Shown: positions 53,385 through 62,555 of the stretch, piece by piece
Layout: every line of letters starts with the position of its first letter
Numbering within the stretch: position 1 is the first letter of the stretch
Assembly: GCA_963716255.1 (NCBI GenBank)
Contig: OY970303.1
Coordinates: 1,408,001 to 1,472,000, forward strand
Source of the DNA: an uncultured Gemmatimonadales bacterium
GTDB taxonomy: Bacteria; Gemmatimonadota; Gemmatimonadetes; Longimicrobiales; Longimicrobiaceae
Direction of reading: 5' to 3'
DNA length: 64,000 nucleotides
Position numbers and translations under genes: made by a program
The notes under the pieces: generated by a model
Database searches by the model: none
The model's input: the letters and a program-made list of their open reading frames with translations, nothing else
Told to the model about the DNA's origin: nothing

Positions 53385-54043
53385 GCGCTCATCGCTTCGG
53401 CTTCTGCCGCGCCGCCGCCGCCGTCCGCCGGCGCGCCGGTTGCCCCCGCGTCCTCGCCGGGCGCGTCGTGGGGGACCGCCTCGGTGTAGCCCAGGTCCAG
53501 GTGGAGGTGGTCGTCGGCTTCGCCCACGCCGTGTCCCCAGGGGCGGGACCAGATCCCGGGGACCAGCTCGCGCGCGATGCGTGAATAGCGCCCGATGCTC
53601 CGCTCGTCGTCCAGCCAGTCGTCGCCGATGCGGTACACGTTGACCGCGGTCCCCCAGCAGTGGGTGGAGGCGTGGGTGGTGAGCCGGTGCGCGGGCGAGC
53701 GGTAGCCGCCGTTGGCGGAGATGTGCACGTAGGTGGCCACCTCGCGCCGGAACAGCTCCAGCTGGGCGGCGAGCACCGCGACGGCGCAGGGGATGTACCG
53801 CGGCCACGCGGCGCGCAGCAGCTCGGCCTCGCGCACGTCGGCGTTGATGAACTCCCACACCTTGAAGTGCTCGGTGAGGTCGGTGTCGCGCGCGGCCTCC
53901 CACGAGGGGACTTCGTAGAAGAAGCGGGGCAGCCGCCGCAGCCGGCGGGAGCGGTCGCGCACCCGCTCGCCGGGGCGCAGCACGGCGCGGTACTCCTCGC
54001 CCAGGGTGAGCCCGTCCACCCAGCGGAAGGGGAACTCAGCCAT
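53381..54043 (-). CDS. M15-like (D-Ala-D-Ala) zinc peptidase-fold protein
   Basis: LTEHF...EF, GGYRSPAH, STHCWGTAVN, HLHLD. Confidence 0.7.
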   Translation of the reverse strand: MAEFPFRWVDGLTLGEEYRAVLRPGERVRDRSRRLRRLPRFFYEVPSWEAARDTDLTEHFKVWEFINADVREAELLRAAWPRYIPCAVAVLAAQLELFRREVATYVHISANGGYRSPAHRLTTHASTHCWGTAVNVYRIGDDWLDDERSIGRYSRIARELVPGIWSRPWGHGVGEADDHLHLDLGYTEAVPHDAPGEDAGATGAPADGGGGAAEAEAMSA

Positions 54044-54896
54044 CGGTCGGCTTTCCTCCGCCGGAGGTGAGGTGCTGGTAGACGGTGCGCGAGATGCGGG
54101 CGATGGTGTCGCTGCGCCCGGAGGTGCCGCGGTCCCACTGGGTGAGCACCACCAGCACGTACGGCTTGCGGTCGGGGAGGTAGACGATGGCGGCGTCGTG
54201 GGCGATGGTGGAGATCTCGCCGGTCTTGTTGGCGACGCGGGCGTCGTCGGGGACGCCGGCGGGGATGCCGCTGCGGAACTCCTGGTCGTGCATGATCTCG
54301 AGCATGCGCGCGGAGGCCAGCACGGAAAAGGCGGTGCCCTCCTCGATGTGGCGGAGCACCTGCACCAGGCCGTTGGCGGTGACCAGGTTGTTGATCTCCC
54401 TGTCGAAGGCGCGCTCGTCCTCCACGCCGCGCTCCAGCACGATCCCCTCGATCCCCACTTCCTTGAGGGCGGCGCGCATCTCGTCCAGCCCCACGATGTC
54501 CACCAGTACGTTGGTGGCGAGGTTGCTGCTGGTGGTGATCATGTGCCGCGCCAGCTCCCACACCCGCATGGTCTTGCCGCGGCGGCGGTGCACCTTGGAG
54601 TTGGCGTCGCGCGAGGAGTCCACGCGGAAGGGCTCGCCGTCGGCGACGCTGAGGAAGCGGTTGCGCACGTGCACGCGCGACTTCATGGGGAGGCGCCCGT
54701 GGTGCGCGGCCCCGAACACGCCCACCAGCATGGGGACCTTGATGGTGCTGGCGGCGTGGAACCACTCGTCGCCGCAGTAGTCCCAGTGGGTGTGGGTGTC
54801 GTAGTCGTAGTAGGCGACGGCGACGGACTGCGCCCCGGCGTCCTGCCGGATGCGCCTGACCGTCTCGGCCAGCTCGTCCTTTTCCTGGAAGCTCAT
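54036..54896 (-). CDS. Class A beta-lactamase-like serine hydrolase, no signal peptide
   Basis: F.AASTIK (SxxK), MITTSSNLATN (SxN), ANKTG, HDAAIV. Confidence 0.85.
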   Translation of the reverse strand: MSFQEKDELAETVRRIRQDAGAQSVAVAYYDYDTHTHWDYCGDEWFHAASTIKVPMLVGVFGAAHHGRLPMKSRVHVRNRFLSVADGEPFRVDSSRDANSKVHRRRGKTMRVWELARHMITTSSNLATNVLVDIVGLDEMRAALKEVGIEGIVLERGVEDERAFDREINNLVTANGLVQVLRHIEEGTAFSVLASARMLEIMHDQEFRSGIPAGVPDDARVANKTGEISTIAHDAAIVYLPDRKPYVLVVLTQWDRGTSGRSDTIARISRTVYQHLTSGGGKPTDG

Positions 54897-55045
54897 CGGG
54901 TGTGGACACGGATTGAAAGCCCCGCCGCCGGATTCGCGGCGGCGGGGTCTGCCGGGGCTTTGCAGGTTTAGCGCCAGCGGAGCGGCTGAATGCAGGCGGG
55001 GCCGGAGGATGGCTCCTCCGGCCCCGCCTGAACGAGAAAGCCGTC

Positions 55046-55185
55046 GCGTGAGGGATTTCGGCCCGAAGGGGCGAGACCCGGCGGCGGTCTGCCGGGGCTC
55101 GACTCCGTTACGCACGGTCGTTTCGTGCGTTACGGAGCCGAAGCCCGACCCCGGCGCCAGCCGGGGGCACGCCCAACCCCGCTGT
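55046..55185 (+). repeat. Structured intergenic repeat family A, copy 10
   Basis: Aligns with other A copies; ends about 10 nt from the ispG stop. Confidence 0.95.
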
Positions 55186-55194
55186 TCAAGCCGT

Positions 55195-56442
55195 TTAAAC
55201 GCCAGCCGCAGCAGCAGACATCTGCGCCGGGTAGTGGGTCTCCACGTACTCGTCCAGGATGCGCTTGAACTCCTCGGCGATGAAGTCTCCCTTGAGCGTC
55301 ACCCGGTGCTCGCCGTCCACGTACACGGGCGCCTTGGGCTCCTCGAAGGTGCCCGGGAGCGAGATGCCCAGGTTGGCGTGCCGGCTCTCGCCGGGCCCGT
55401 TCACGACGCACCCCATCACGGCCACCTTCATCTCCTCCACGCCCGGGTGCGTGTCGCGCCACACGGGCATCTGGTCGCGCAGGTAGCCCTGGATGTCTTC
55501 GGCCAGCTTCTGGAAGTAGGTGGAGGTGGTGCGCCCGCACCCGGGGCAGCTGGTGACCTGCGGGGTGAAGGAGCGGATCTCCAGCGACTGGAGCACCTGC
55601 TGGGCGACCCGGACCTCCTCGCTCCGGTCTCCGCCCGGGCTGGGGGTGAGCGACACGCGGATGGTGTCGCCGATGCCCTGCTGGAGGAGGATGGACAGCC
55701 CGGCGGCGGAGGCCACCACGCCCTTGTTGCCCATGCCGGCCTCGGTGAGGCCCAGGTGCAGCGGGTAGTCGCAGAGCGAGGCGAGGCGGCGGTACACGGC
55801 CACGAGGTCCTGCACCCCGCTCACCTTGGCGGACAGGATGATGCGGTCGTGCCCAAGCCCGACTTCCTCGGCGAGCGCGGCGGAGCGCAGCGCGCTCTCG
55901 ATCATGGCGCTGCGCAGCACTTCCTGCGCGTCCACGCGGTCTTCCAGGGGGAGCCCGGCGTTGGCGTCCATCATCTGCGCGAGGAGGCTCTGGTCCAGGG
56001 AGCCCCAGTTGACGCCGATGCGCACGGGTTTGCCGTAGCGGATCGCCTGCTCCACGATGGTGGCGAAGTTGGCGTCGCGCCGGCTGGTGCCCACGTTGCC
56101 CGGGTTGATGCGGTACTTGGCGAGCGCCCGCGCGGTGTCCGGGTACCGGGTGAGCAGCTGGTGCCCGTTGTAGTGGAAGTCGCCCACGAGGGGGACGTCG
56201 ACGCCGCGCGCGAGCAGCCCGTCCACGATGTACGGCACGGCGCGGGCGGCTTCGTCGTTGTTGACGGTGACGCGGACCAGCTCGCTCCCCGCGCGCCAGA
56301 GCGCGGCGACCTGGCGCACGGTTCCCTCCACGTCGGCCGTGTCGGTGTTGGTCATGGACTGCACCACCACCGGGTGCTCGCTCCCGACCGGGACGCCGCC
56401 GACGTCGACGGAAACGGTCCTCCTGCGCTGGATGGCTGACAT
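55195..56442 (-). CDS. ispG: (E)-4-hydroxy-3-methylbut-2-enyl-diphosphate synthase
   Basis: [64 protein letters not shown]. Confidence 0.96.
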   Translation of the reverse strand: MSAIQRRRTVSVDVGGVPVGSEHPVVVQSMTNTDTADVEGTVRQVAALWRAGSELVRVTVNNDEAARAVPYIVDGLLARGVDVPLVGDFHYNGHQLLTRYPDTARALAKYRINPGNVGTSRRDANFATIVEQAIRYGKPVRIGVNWGSLDQSLLAQMMDANAGLPLEDRVDAQEVLRSAMIESALRSAALAEEVGLGHDRIILSAKVSGVQDLVAVYRRLASLCDYPLHLGLTEAGMGNKGVVASAAGLSILLQQGIGDTIRVSLTPSPGGDRSEEVRVAQQVLQSLEIRSFTPQVTSCPGCGRTTSTYFQKLAEDIQGYLRDQMPVWRDTHPGVEEMKVAVMGCVVNGPGESRHANLGISLPGTFEEPKAPVYVDGEHRVTLKGDFIAEEFKRILDEYVETHYPAQMSAAAAGV

Positions 56443-56555
56443 CTGCCCGTTGGGTGTTGTGCGGGTACCGCCCCTGGATAAGGCTGAAATCTAGCGGCGG
56501 GCGGGGGTTACGGGGAAGCGGGGCCCCACCCGCCGGGCACGCCCGCGCCAGCCCC

Positions 56556-56695
56556 GCGTGAGGGATTCCGGCCCGAAGGGGCGAGACCCGGCGGCTGTTT
56601 GCCGGGGCTCGACTCCGTTACGCACGGTTGTTTCGTGCGTTACGGAGCCGAAGCCCGACCCCGGCGCCAGCCGGGGGCACGCCCGAACCCGCCGT
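56556..56695 (+). repeat. Structured intergenic repeat family A, copy 11
   Basis: Aligns with other A copies; ends about 5 nt from the M28 stop. Confidence 0.95.
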
Positions 56696-56700
56696 CATCC

Positions 56701-58272
56701 CTACTCCCTGCTCCCCCCGCCGGGCAGCCTCGCTTCCCGATTGGCGGCGTGGTAAAGCACGCTCGCGGCGACGACCGAGGCCTGCTTGAGGTCGTCCTCG
56801 ATGAGCATGGCGGCGACGTCGCGGTTGGTGTGGTGGGTGCGGGTGTCGTAGTCCAGCGGGTCCTGGATGAAGGTGAAGGCGGGGATCCCGGCGCCCACGA
56901 AGGGCATGTGGTCGGTGCTCCCGGTGTTGCGCAGGGTGACGCTGGCGGCGCCCAGGTCGCGGAAGGGCTCCAGCCAGGCGGCGAAGACCGGGCGGACGGC
57001 GGCGTTCCCCTGGGCGTAGAGGCCGCGGATGCGGCCGGCGCCGTTGTCGATGTTGAAGTACGCGAAGGGCGGACGGACGCCGGGGCGGAGGCGCCCGGTG
57101 GCGGGATCGCCGTAGTGCCTGCGGACGTAGCCGCCGGAGCCGAAGTAGTCTTCGTGCTCTTCGCCGTCCCAGAGCGCGACGCGGATGGTGCGCCGCGGCC
57201 GGGCCCCGACGGCCCTGAGGATGCGCGCGGCCTCCATGGCCACGGCCACCCCGGCGGCGTTGTCGGTGGCGCCGGTGCCCACGTTCCACGAGTCCAGGTG
57301 CCCGCCCACCAGGACCACTTCGTCGCGGAGGCGCGGGTCGCTCCCGGGGATCTCGGCGACCACGTTGTAGCCCACGGAATCGGCGGTGGTCTCGCGGGTG
57401 CGCAGCTCCACCTCCAGGACCGGCGCGGCGCCGGCGCGCACCAGGTTGGCGAGGCGCGCGTAGTCGCCGGCTTCCACCACGAAGGCGGGGACGGTGCCGG
57501 ACACGTCGCTGTCGTACGCCTGGTAGGCGGAGACGTTCACGGCGTGGGCGCCGCGGCCGGGCTCCAGCAGGGCGGCGACGCCCTCCTCGCGCAGCAGGGC
57601 TGAGAAGCGGTGCCGCGCCCGCACCCGGTCGGCGTAGCCGCCGGCGTCGTCCTCGTAGGTGCGCGGGGAGCCGGGGTCGGTGTCGCGCGCCATGGAGTCC
57701 AGGCGCGCGTCGCTCAGGCGGCGCCCCGTGGCGGCGAAGCGGGTGCTGTCCAGCGAGGCGTCGCCGCTCAGCACGATCCTGCCGCGGAGCCGGCCGCGGT
57801 GCCTGGCCAGGTCGGCCTCGCTTCGCAGCACGGCCAGCACGGGCTCGCCGCGCACCACGCCGGCGGTGGCGGGGCTCCACGCCTTCGGGTAGGCGACGAT
57901 GCGCTCGTAGTACGGCGACACCAGCTCCACGGAGTGGCGGGCGACCTCCCAGCCGCGGCCGCGGCGCGTCCCCCACGGCTCCAGCGCGGCGCCCGCCAGC
58001 CCGAAGGCGGTCATGCGGTCGCGCGCCCACTCCGCGGCGCGGCGGTACCCGGGCGACCCGGCCAGCCGGGGGCCGTTGACGTCGGACAGGTGGACGGCGG
58101 TCTCCAGGACGCGGGAGCGGTTCATCCCCTCGTCGCGGATGCGTGCGTTCATGGCGGCGTCCACCCGCTCGGCGGCGACGGGCGCGGCGGGGGCGGCCGT
58201 CTGCTGGGCGAGCGCGGGGAGCGGCGCGGCGAGCAGCGCCAGGAGCAGGAGCCGGGAGCGGATGGGGGTCAT
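56701..58272 (-). CDS. Secreted M28 family metallopeptidase (carboxypeptidase Q-like)
   Basis: Signal peptide, GPRLAGS, GGHLDSW, GATDNAAG, W.GEE, NID, TDH..F, HHT..D. Confidence 0.9.
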   Translation of the reverse strand: MTPIRSRLLLLALLAAPLPALAQQTAAPAAPVAAERVDAAMNARIRDEGMNRSRVLETAVHLSDVNGPRLAGSPGYRRAAEWARDRMTAFGLAGAALEPWGTRRGRGWEVARHSVELVSPYYERIVAYPKAWSPATAGVVRGEPVLAVLRSEADLARHRGRLRGRIVLSGDASLDSTRFAATGRRLSDARLDSMARDTDPGSPRTYEDDAGGYADRVRARHRFSALLREEGVAALLEPGRGAHAVNVSAYQAYDSDVSGTVPAFVVEAGDYARLANLVRAGAAPVLEVELRTRETTADSVGYNVVAEIPGSDPRLRDEVVLVGGHLDSWNVGTGATDNAAGVAVAMEAARILRAVGARPRRTIRVALWDGEEHEDYFGSGGYVRRHYGDPATGRLRPGVRPPFAYFNIDNGAGRIRGLYAQGNAAVRPVFAAWLEPFRDLGAASVTLRNTGSTDHMPFVGAGIPAFTFIQDPLDYDTRTHHTNRDVAAMLIEDDLKQASVVAASVLYHAANREARLPGGGSRE

Positions 58273-58374
58273 GGGGCGCGTGGAGCGTCGGGAGGTGGGG
58301 CGCGGCGGGCGGGCCGCGCCGGGACGTGGCGTGAGGATAGCCGGGCGCGGCGGGGCGTGTCCACCCCCGCGGGG

Positions 58375-59055
58375 TCACTCCGGGGGCGGGCGCAGGGTGA
58401 GCAGGTGGATCTCCTGGCTCCCGGCGGGGGCGTAGTCGGTGGGCTCGCGGACGCGCGCTTCCTCCACGGTCCAGCCGCGCCACGCCATGCGCGCGACGAA
58501 CTCGGAGCGGTACACGCGCCCCGGGTCGGCGACCACGGCGATGCCGCCCGGCGCCACCAGCCGCGGGAGCGCGAGCGACAGGCTCTCGGCGTTGCGCATC
58601 TCGTACAGCACGTCCGCGGCGACCACGCGCTCGAAGCGCCCCAGCTCTTCGGGCACTTCGCGCCAGTCCATCTCCGCGGTGCGCAGCCCGGGGAGCCCGT
58701 TGCGCTCGGCGTTGGCCCGCGCGAAGAGCAGCGCGTCGGCGTACCAGTCGGTGGCGAGCACGTCCGCCCCGCGCGACAGCAGCGCCAGCGACGGCAGCCC
58801 CACCCCGGACCCCAGCTCCAGCACCCGCCCCCCGGGCGCGGGCTCCGCCACCAGCCGCCGCGCCAGCGCCCGCGCGGAGGGCCACAGGTCGGCCCAGTAC
58901 GGGAGCCGCTCGTCCTCGTCGAACTCCGCCTCGTCGATCAGTTCCTCGGCCGCGTCGGGGAGCAGGATCTCCAGGGAGAGCGGCCCGTGCTCGAAGGTCT
59001 CGGTGCGGACCCGGAAGCGGGCGCGGAGCTGGGACTCGAGGTCGGAAGGGGGCAC
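58375..59055 (-). CDS. Class I SAM-dependent methyltransferase (METTL21/lysine MT-like)
   Basis: PYWADLWPSA, VLELGSGVG, AADVLYE, ADPGR. Confidence 0.88.
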   Translation of the reverse strand: MPPSDLESQLRARFRVRTETFEHGPLSLEILLPDAAEELIDEAEFDEDERLPYWADLWPSARALARRLVAEPAPGGRVLELGSGVGLPSLALLSRGADVLATDWYADALLFARANAERNGLPGLRTAEMDWREVPEELGRFERVVAADVLYEMRNAESLSLALPRLVAPGGIAVVADPGRVYRSEFVARMAWRGWTVEEARVREPTDYAPAGSQEIHLLTLRPPPE

Positions 59056-59097
59056 GGAAGAGGGGACAGGTTACGGGGGACGGGGGACAGCCCAACG

Positions 59098-59172
59098 GCC
59101 CTCACCCGGCTCGCTTGAGGCTCGCCACCCTTTCCCGCTTGCGGGGGAGAGGAGGCCGGGGGGTGAGAGGGC
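59098..59172. repeat. REP-like repeat, family C
   Basis: CCCTCACCCGGCTCGCTTGAGGCTCGCCACCCTTTCCCGC-TT-GCGGGGGAGAGG. Confidence 0.75.
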
Positions 59173-59201
59173 CGGCACTGGCGGACGCCAGCGCAAAACC
59201 C

Positions 59202-59339
59202 GCGTGAGGGATTTCGGCCCGAAGGGGCGAGACCCGGCGGCCGTTTGCCGGGGCTCGACTCCGTTGCACACGGTCGTTTCGTGTGCTACGGAGCCGAAGC
59301 CCGACCCCGCGCCAGCGGGGGCACGCCCGACCCCGCCGT
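59202..59339 (+). repeat. Structured intergenic repeat family A, copy 12
   Basis: Central stem variant G-CACACG/CGTGTG-C. Confidence 0.95.
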
Positions 59340-59450
59340 TCAGAGTCGTTCCGTCGTCCGCCGTTCCAGCGTCTTGCCGCCACCGTCCGGAACCCGGTAC
59401 CTTGGACCTGCGCGAAAGTACCCCCGGCGCAGACCGTCCGAAAGCCCCCG

Positions 59451-60716
59451 ATGGCCCGCTCGTTCGAACGCCGCCTGAGAACGGCCCTGGTCCTGTTCTC
59501 CATCTTCCCGTCGCTCCTGCTGCTGGGCGCCGGGACGTACGTGCTGTCCGCCACCGTGGCGCGCACTGACTCGCTCGGCGCCTGGGAGCGCATCGCGGCG
59601 AGCGGCCGCGAGCTGGTGGGACGCGCGGAGGCGAGCGGCGACCCTGGGCTCGCGGCCGCGGGTGCCCTGCACCGCGAGGAGCTGTCCGCCTCGCTGACGC
59701 AGGCGCGGCGCTGGGAGTTCCTGCTGGAGCGCGCCCTGGTGGCGCTGCCGCTGGCGGCGGTGCTGCTGGGGGCGTTCCTGGCGTGGATGGCCTTCCGCGC
59801 GTCGCGGGGGATCGCGCACGGACTGTCGCGGCCGGTGGGCGAGCTGGTGGGGTGGGCCGGCCGGGTGGGGCGCGGCGAGGCGCTCCCCCCGCCCGGGGCC
59901 GGCGACGCGGGCGAGGACGACGAGTTCGCGCTCCTGCGCGCGGCGTTCCGGCAGATGGAGGCGGAGCTGGCGGCGTCGCGCGCCCGGGCGCTGGAAACGG
60001 AGCGCATGCGCACCTGGGTGTCCATGGCGCGCGGCGTGGCCCACGAGCTAAAGAACCCTCTGACGCCCATGCGGCTGGCGGTGCGCACGCTGGAGTCGCA
60101 GGATGCCGCGCGCGACCCGGCGGCGCGCGAGGCGCTGGAGGTGATCGCGGCGGAGTCGGCGCGGCTGGAGGAGCTGGCGCGCTCCTTCGCGCAGCTGGGG
60201 CGCATGCCGGAGGGGCCGGCCAGCGAGATCGACCTGCCGGAGATGCTGGACTACCTGCTGCGCACCCACCTCCCCCCGGAGGTGCAGCCGCGCCTGCGCG
60301 CCGCGGTGGACCTGTCGCCGGTGGTGGGGCACTACGACGCGCTCTCGCGGGCCTTCGCCAACCTTCTCCTCAACGCCGCGGACGCCGTGGGCGGCGCCGG
60401 GGCGGTCACGGTGGTGGCGCGCTCGCTGGGCGACCGGGTGGAGGTGCGGGTGACGGACACCGGGCCCGGGATCGCGCCGGAGAACCTGGAGCGCATCTGG
60501 GAGCCGGACTTCACCACCAAGTCGCGCGGCACCGGGCTGGGGCTGGCGCTGGTGCGGCAGACGGTGCGCGCCCACGGCGGCGAGGTGGCCGCCCGCAACC
60601 GGCCGGAGGGCGGCGCCGAGTTCCGCGTGCTCCTCCCCGCCGCCCGCCCCTCCCGCCCCGCCCTGTCCGCCCCCCGCGCCGGCGGCGCTGAAACACCCGG
60701 CGCGCCCCGGGCGTAG
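59451..60716 (+). CDS. HAMP-domain sensor histidine kinase (NtrY-like)
   Basis: Two TM, HAMP, AHELKNPLTP, NLLLNA, DTGPGI, GTGLGL. Confidence 0.9.
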   Translation: MARSFERRLRTALVLFSIFPSLLLLGAGTYVLSATVARTDSLGAWERIAASGRELVGRAEASGDPGLAAAGALHREELSASLTQARRWEFLLERALVALPLAAVLLGAFLAWMAFRASRGIAHGLSRPVGELVGWAGRVGRGEALPPPGAGDAGEDDEFALLRAAFRQMEAELAASRARALETERMRTWVSMARGVAHELKNPLTPMRLAVRTLESQDAARDPAAREALEVIAAESARLEELARSFAQLGRMPEGPASEIDLPEMLDYLLRTHLPPEVQPRLRAAVDLSPVVGHYDALSRAFANLLLNAADAVGGAGAVTVVARSLGDRVEVRVTDTGPGIAPENLERIWEPDFTTKSRGTGLGLALVRQTVRAHGGEVAARNRPEGGAEFRVLLPAARPSRPALSAPRAGGAETPGAPRA

Positions 60717-60769
60717 AAGGGGCGCCGCCGCTTCCCGGCGGCCCGCGCCCCTCCCCGGAACCCGACCCC

Positions 60770-62134
60770 ATGTCCACCATCCTGATCGCCGACGACGAGC
60801 CGAACATCCGCCGGATGCTCGGCGCCCTGCTGCGCGCCGAGGGGTTCCGCGTCCGCGAGACCGGCACCGCCCGCGGCGCCCTGGCGGAGGTGCTCGCCGA
60901 GGAGCCGGACGCGGCGCTGATGGACCTGTACATGCCCGAGGAGACGGGGCTGGACGTGCTCCCCCGCATCCAGGAGGCCGCGCCGGACCTGCCGGTGGTG
61001 ATGATGAGCGGCCGCGCCACCCTTTCGGACGCGGTGCGCGCCACCAAGCTGGGCGCCTTCCACTTCATCGAGAAGCCGCTCTCCCCCGAGTCGGTGCTGG
61101 TGACGCTGCGCTCGGCGCTGGAGCTGCGCAGGGCGCGCGAGCTGAACCGGGCGCTGCGCGAGGAGCTGGGCGAGGGGTGGGAGATGGTGGGGCGCGGCGA
61201 GCGCATGGACGCGGTCCGCGCCCTGATCGAGCGGGTGGCGGGGACCCCGGCGCGGGTGCTGATCACCGGCGAGTCGGGGACGGGCAAGGAGCTGGCGGCG
61301 GCGGCCATCCACCGCCTGTCGCCGCGCGCCGGCGGGCCGTTCGTGCGCATCAACTGCGCCGCCATCCCCCGCGACCTGGTGGAGTCGGAGCTGTTCGGGC
61401 ACGAGAAGGGGTCGTTCACCGGGGCCACGGAGCGGCGGCGCGGGCGCTTCGAGCTGGCCAGCGGGGGGACGCTCTTCCTGGACGAGATCGGCGACCTCAG
61501 CCCGGAGGCGCAGGCGAAGCTGCTGCGCGCCCTGGAGGCCGGCGAGATCGAGCGCGTGGGCGGCGCCGAGCCCATTCCCGTAGACGTGCGCGTGCTCTCC
61601 GCCACCAACAAGGACCTGCGCGCCGAGGTGGCCGCCGGGCGGTTCCGCGAGGACCTGTTCTTCCGGCTGCACGTCATCCCGCTGCACCTTCCCCCGCTGC
61701 GCGAGCGGCGCGAGGACGTGCCGCTGCTGGTGGAGCACTTCCTGGCCCGCAACCGGGCGCGCACCGGGCTGCAGCCGCCGCGCATGGCGGCGTTGGCCGT
61801 GGAGGCGCTGGCGCGGCACCCGTGGCCGGGGAACGTGCGCGAGCTGGGCAACATCGTGGAGCGGCTCACCATCCTGCACGCGGGGGCGGAGGTGGGGGTC
61901 GCGGAGATCCGGGCGCTGCTTGCGGGGGCGGCCGTGGGCTCCGGGCCGGACGCGGCCGGGTTCCGGGACGACGAGTCGGGGTCGCTGTCCGACCGGCTGG
62001 ACGAGTACGAGAAGTTCCTGCTGCTCCAGGCGCTGGAGGCCGCCGACGGGAGCATGGCGGAGGCGGCGCGGCGACTTCAGACCGATCGCGCGAACCTGTA
62101 CCGGCGGATGCGGCGTCTGGGGATCGAGCGGTAG
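60770..62134 (+). CDS. Sigma-54-dependent response regulator (NtrC/NtrX family)
   Basis: Receiver domain, GESGTGKE, ESELFGHEKGSFTGA, LFLDEIG, WPGNVREL, Fis HTH. Confidence 0.93.
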   Translation: MSTILIADDEPNIRRMLGALLRAEGFRVRETGTARGALAEVLAEEPDAALMDLYMPEETGLDVLPRIQEAAPDLPVVMMSGRATLSDAVRATKLGAFHFIEKPLSPESVLVTLRSALELRRARELNRALREELGEGWEMVGRGERMDAVRALIERVAGTPARVLITGESGTGKELAAAAIHRLSPRAGGPFVRINCAAIPRDLVESELFGHEKGSFTGATERRRGRFELASGGTLFLDEIGDLSPEAQAKLLRALEAGEIERVGGAEPIPVDVRVLSATNKDLRAEVAAGRFREDLFFRLHVIPLHLPPLRERREDVPLLVEHFLARNRARTGLQPPRMAALAVEALARHPWPGNVRELGNIVERLTILHAGAEVGVAEIRALLAGAAVGSGPDAAGFRDDESGSLSDRLDEYEKFLLLQALEAADGSMAEAARRLQTDRANLYRRMRRLGIER

Positions 62135-62161
62135 CGACTTCAGCATCAATGTGTCTTGGCG

Positions 62162-62322
62162 GGGGCCGCTGCGGAGCCCGGCGGAAACTGCCCCGCCGGT
62201 CTCCTCCGCGGGCTCCGGGAGCCCCGCCAAACTGCCGGCGGGTCTCCCTGCGCCGGAGTGAGCCAGCCGAAACTGCCCGGCTGTCTCCCTCCGAACAGAT
62301 TTTTATGGGTACGGCGAACGGC
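62162..62322 (-). repeat. Structured intergenic repeat family B, copy 4 (divergent)
   Basis: Three GAGA-stem-GGCAGTTT-stem-GCTC hairpins with stems CAGCCG, CCCGCC, CCGGCGG. Confidence 0.8.
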
Positions 62323-62555
62323 GCAATGGCGAACGGCCGAACCGATCCGGCCGCTCGCGCGGAGTACGACGGACGCGGGCAGCGGCGAAAGGAGACACGC
62401 TCCCGCGTCTTTCCGACACGAAAACGGGCGCCAGCGACGACGCCCCGCAAGGCCAAGTCATTGCGGGGGAAACCCTTGGGAAAACACTGAAACCGGGCAT
62501 GGCCCGTGCCTTCAGGCTGGCCGCCGGACTTCAGCTTCCCATCCACGGAGGAACC

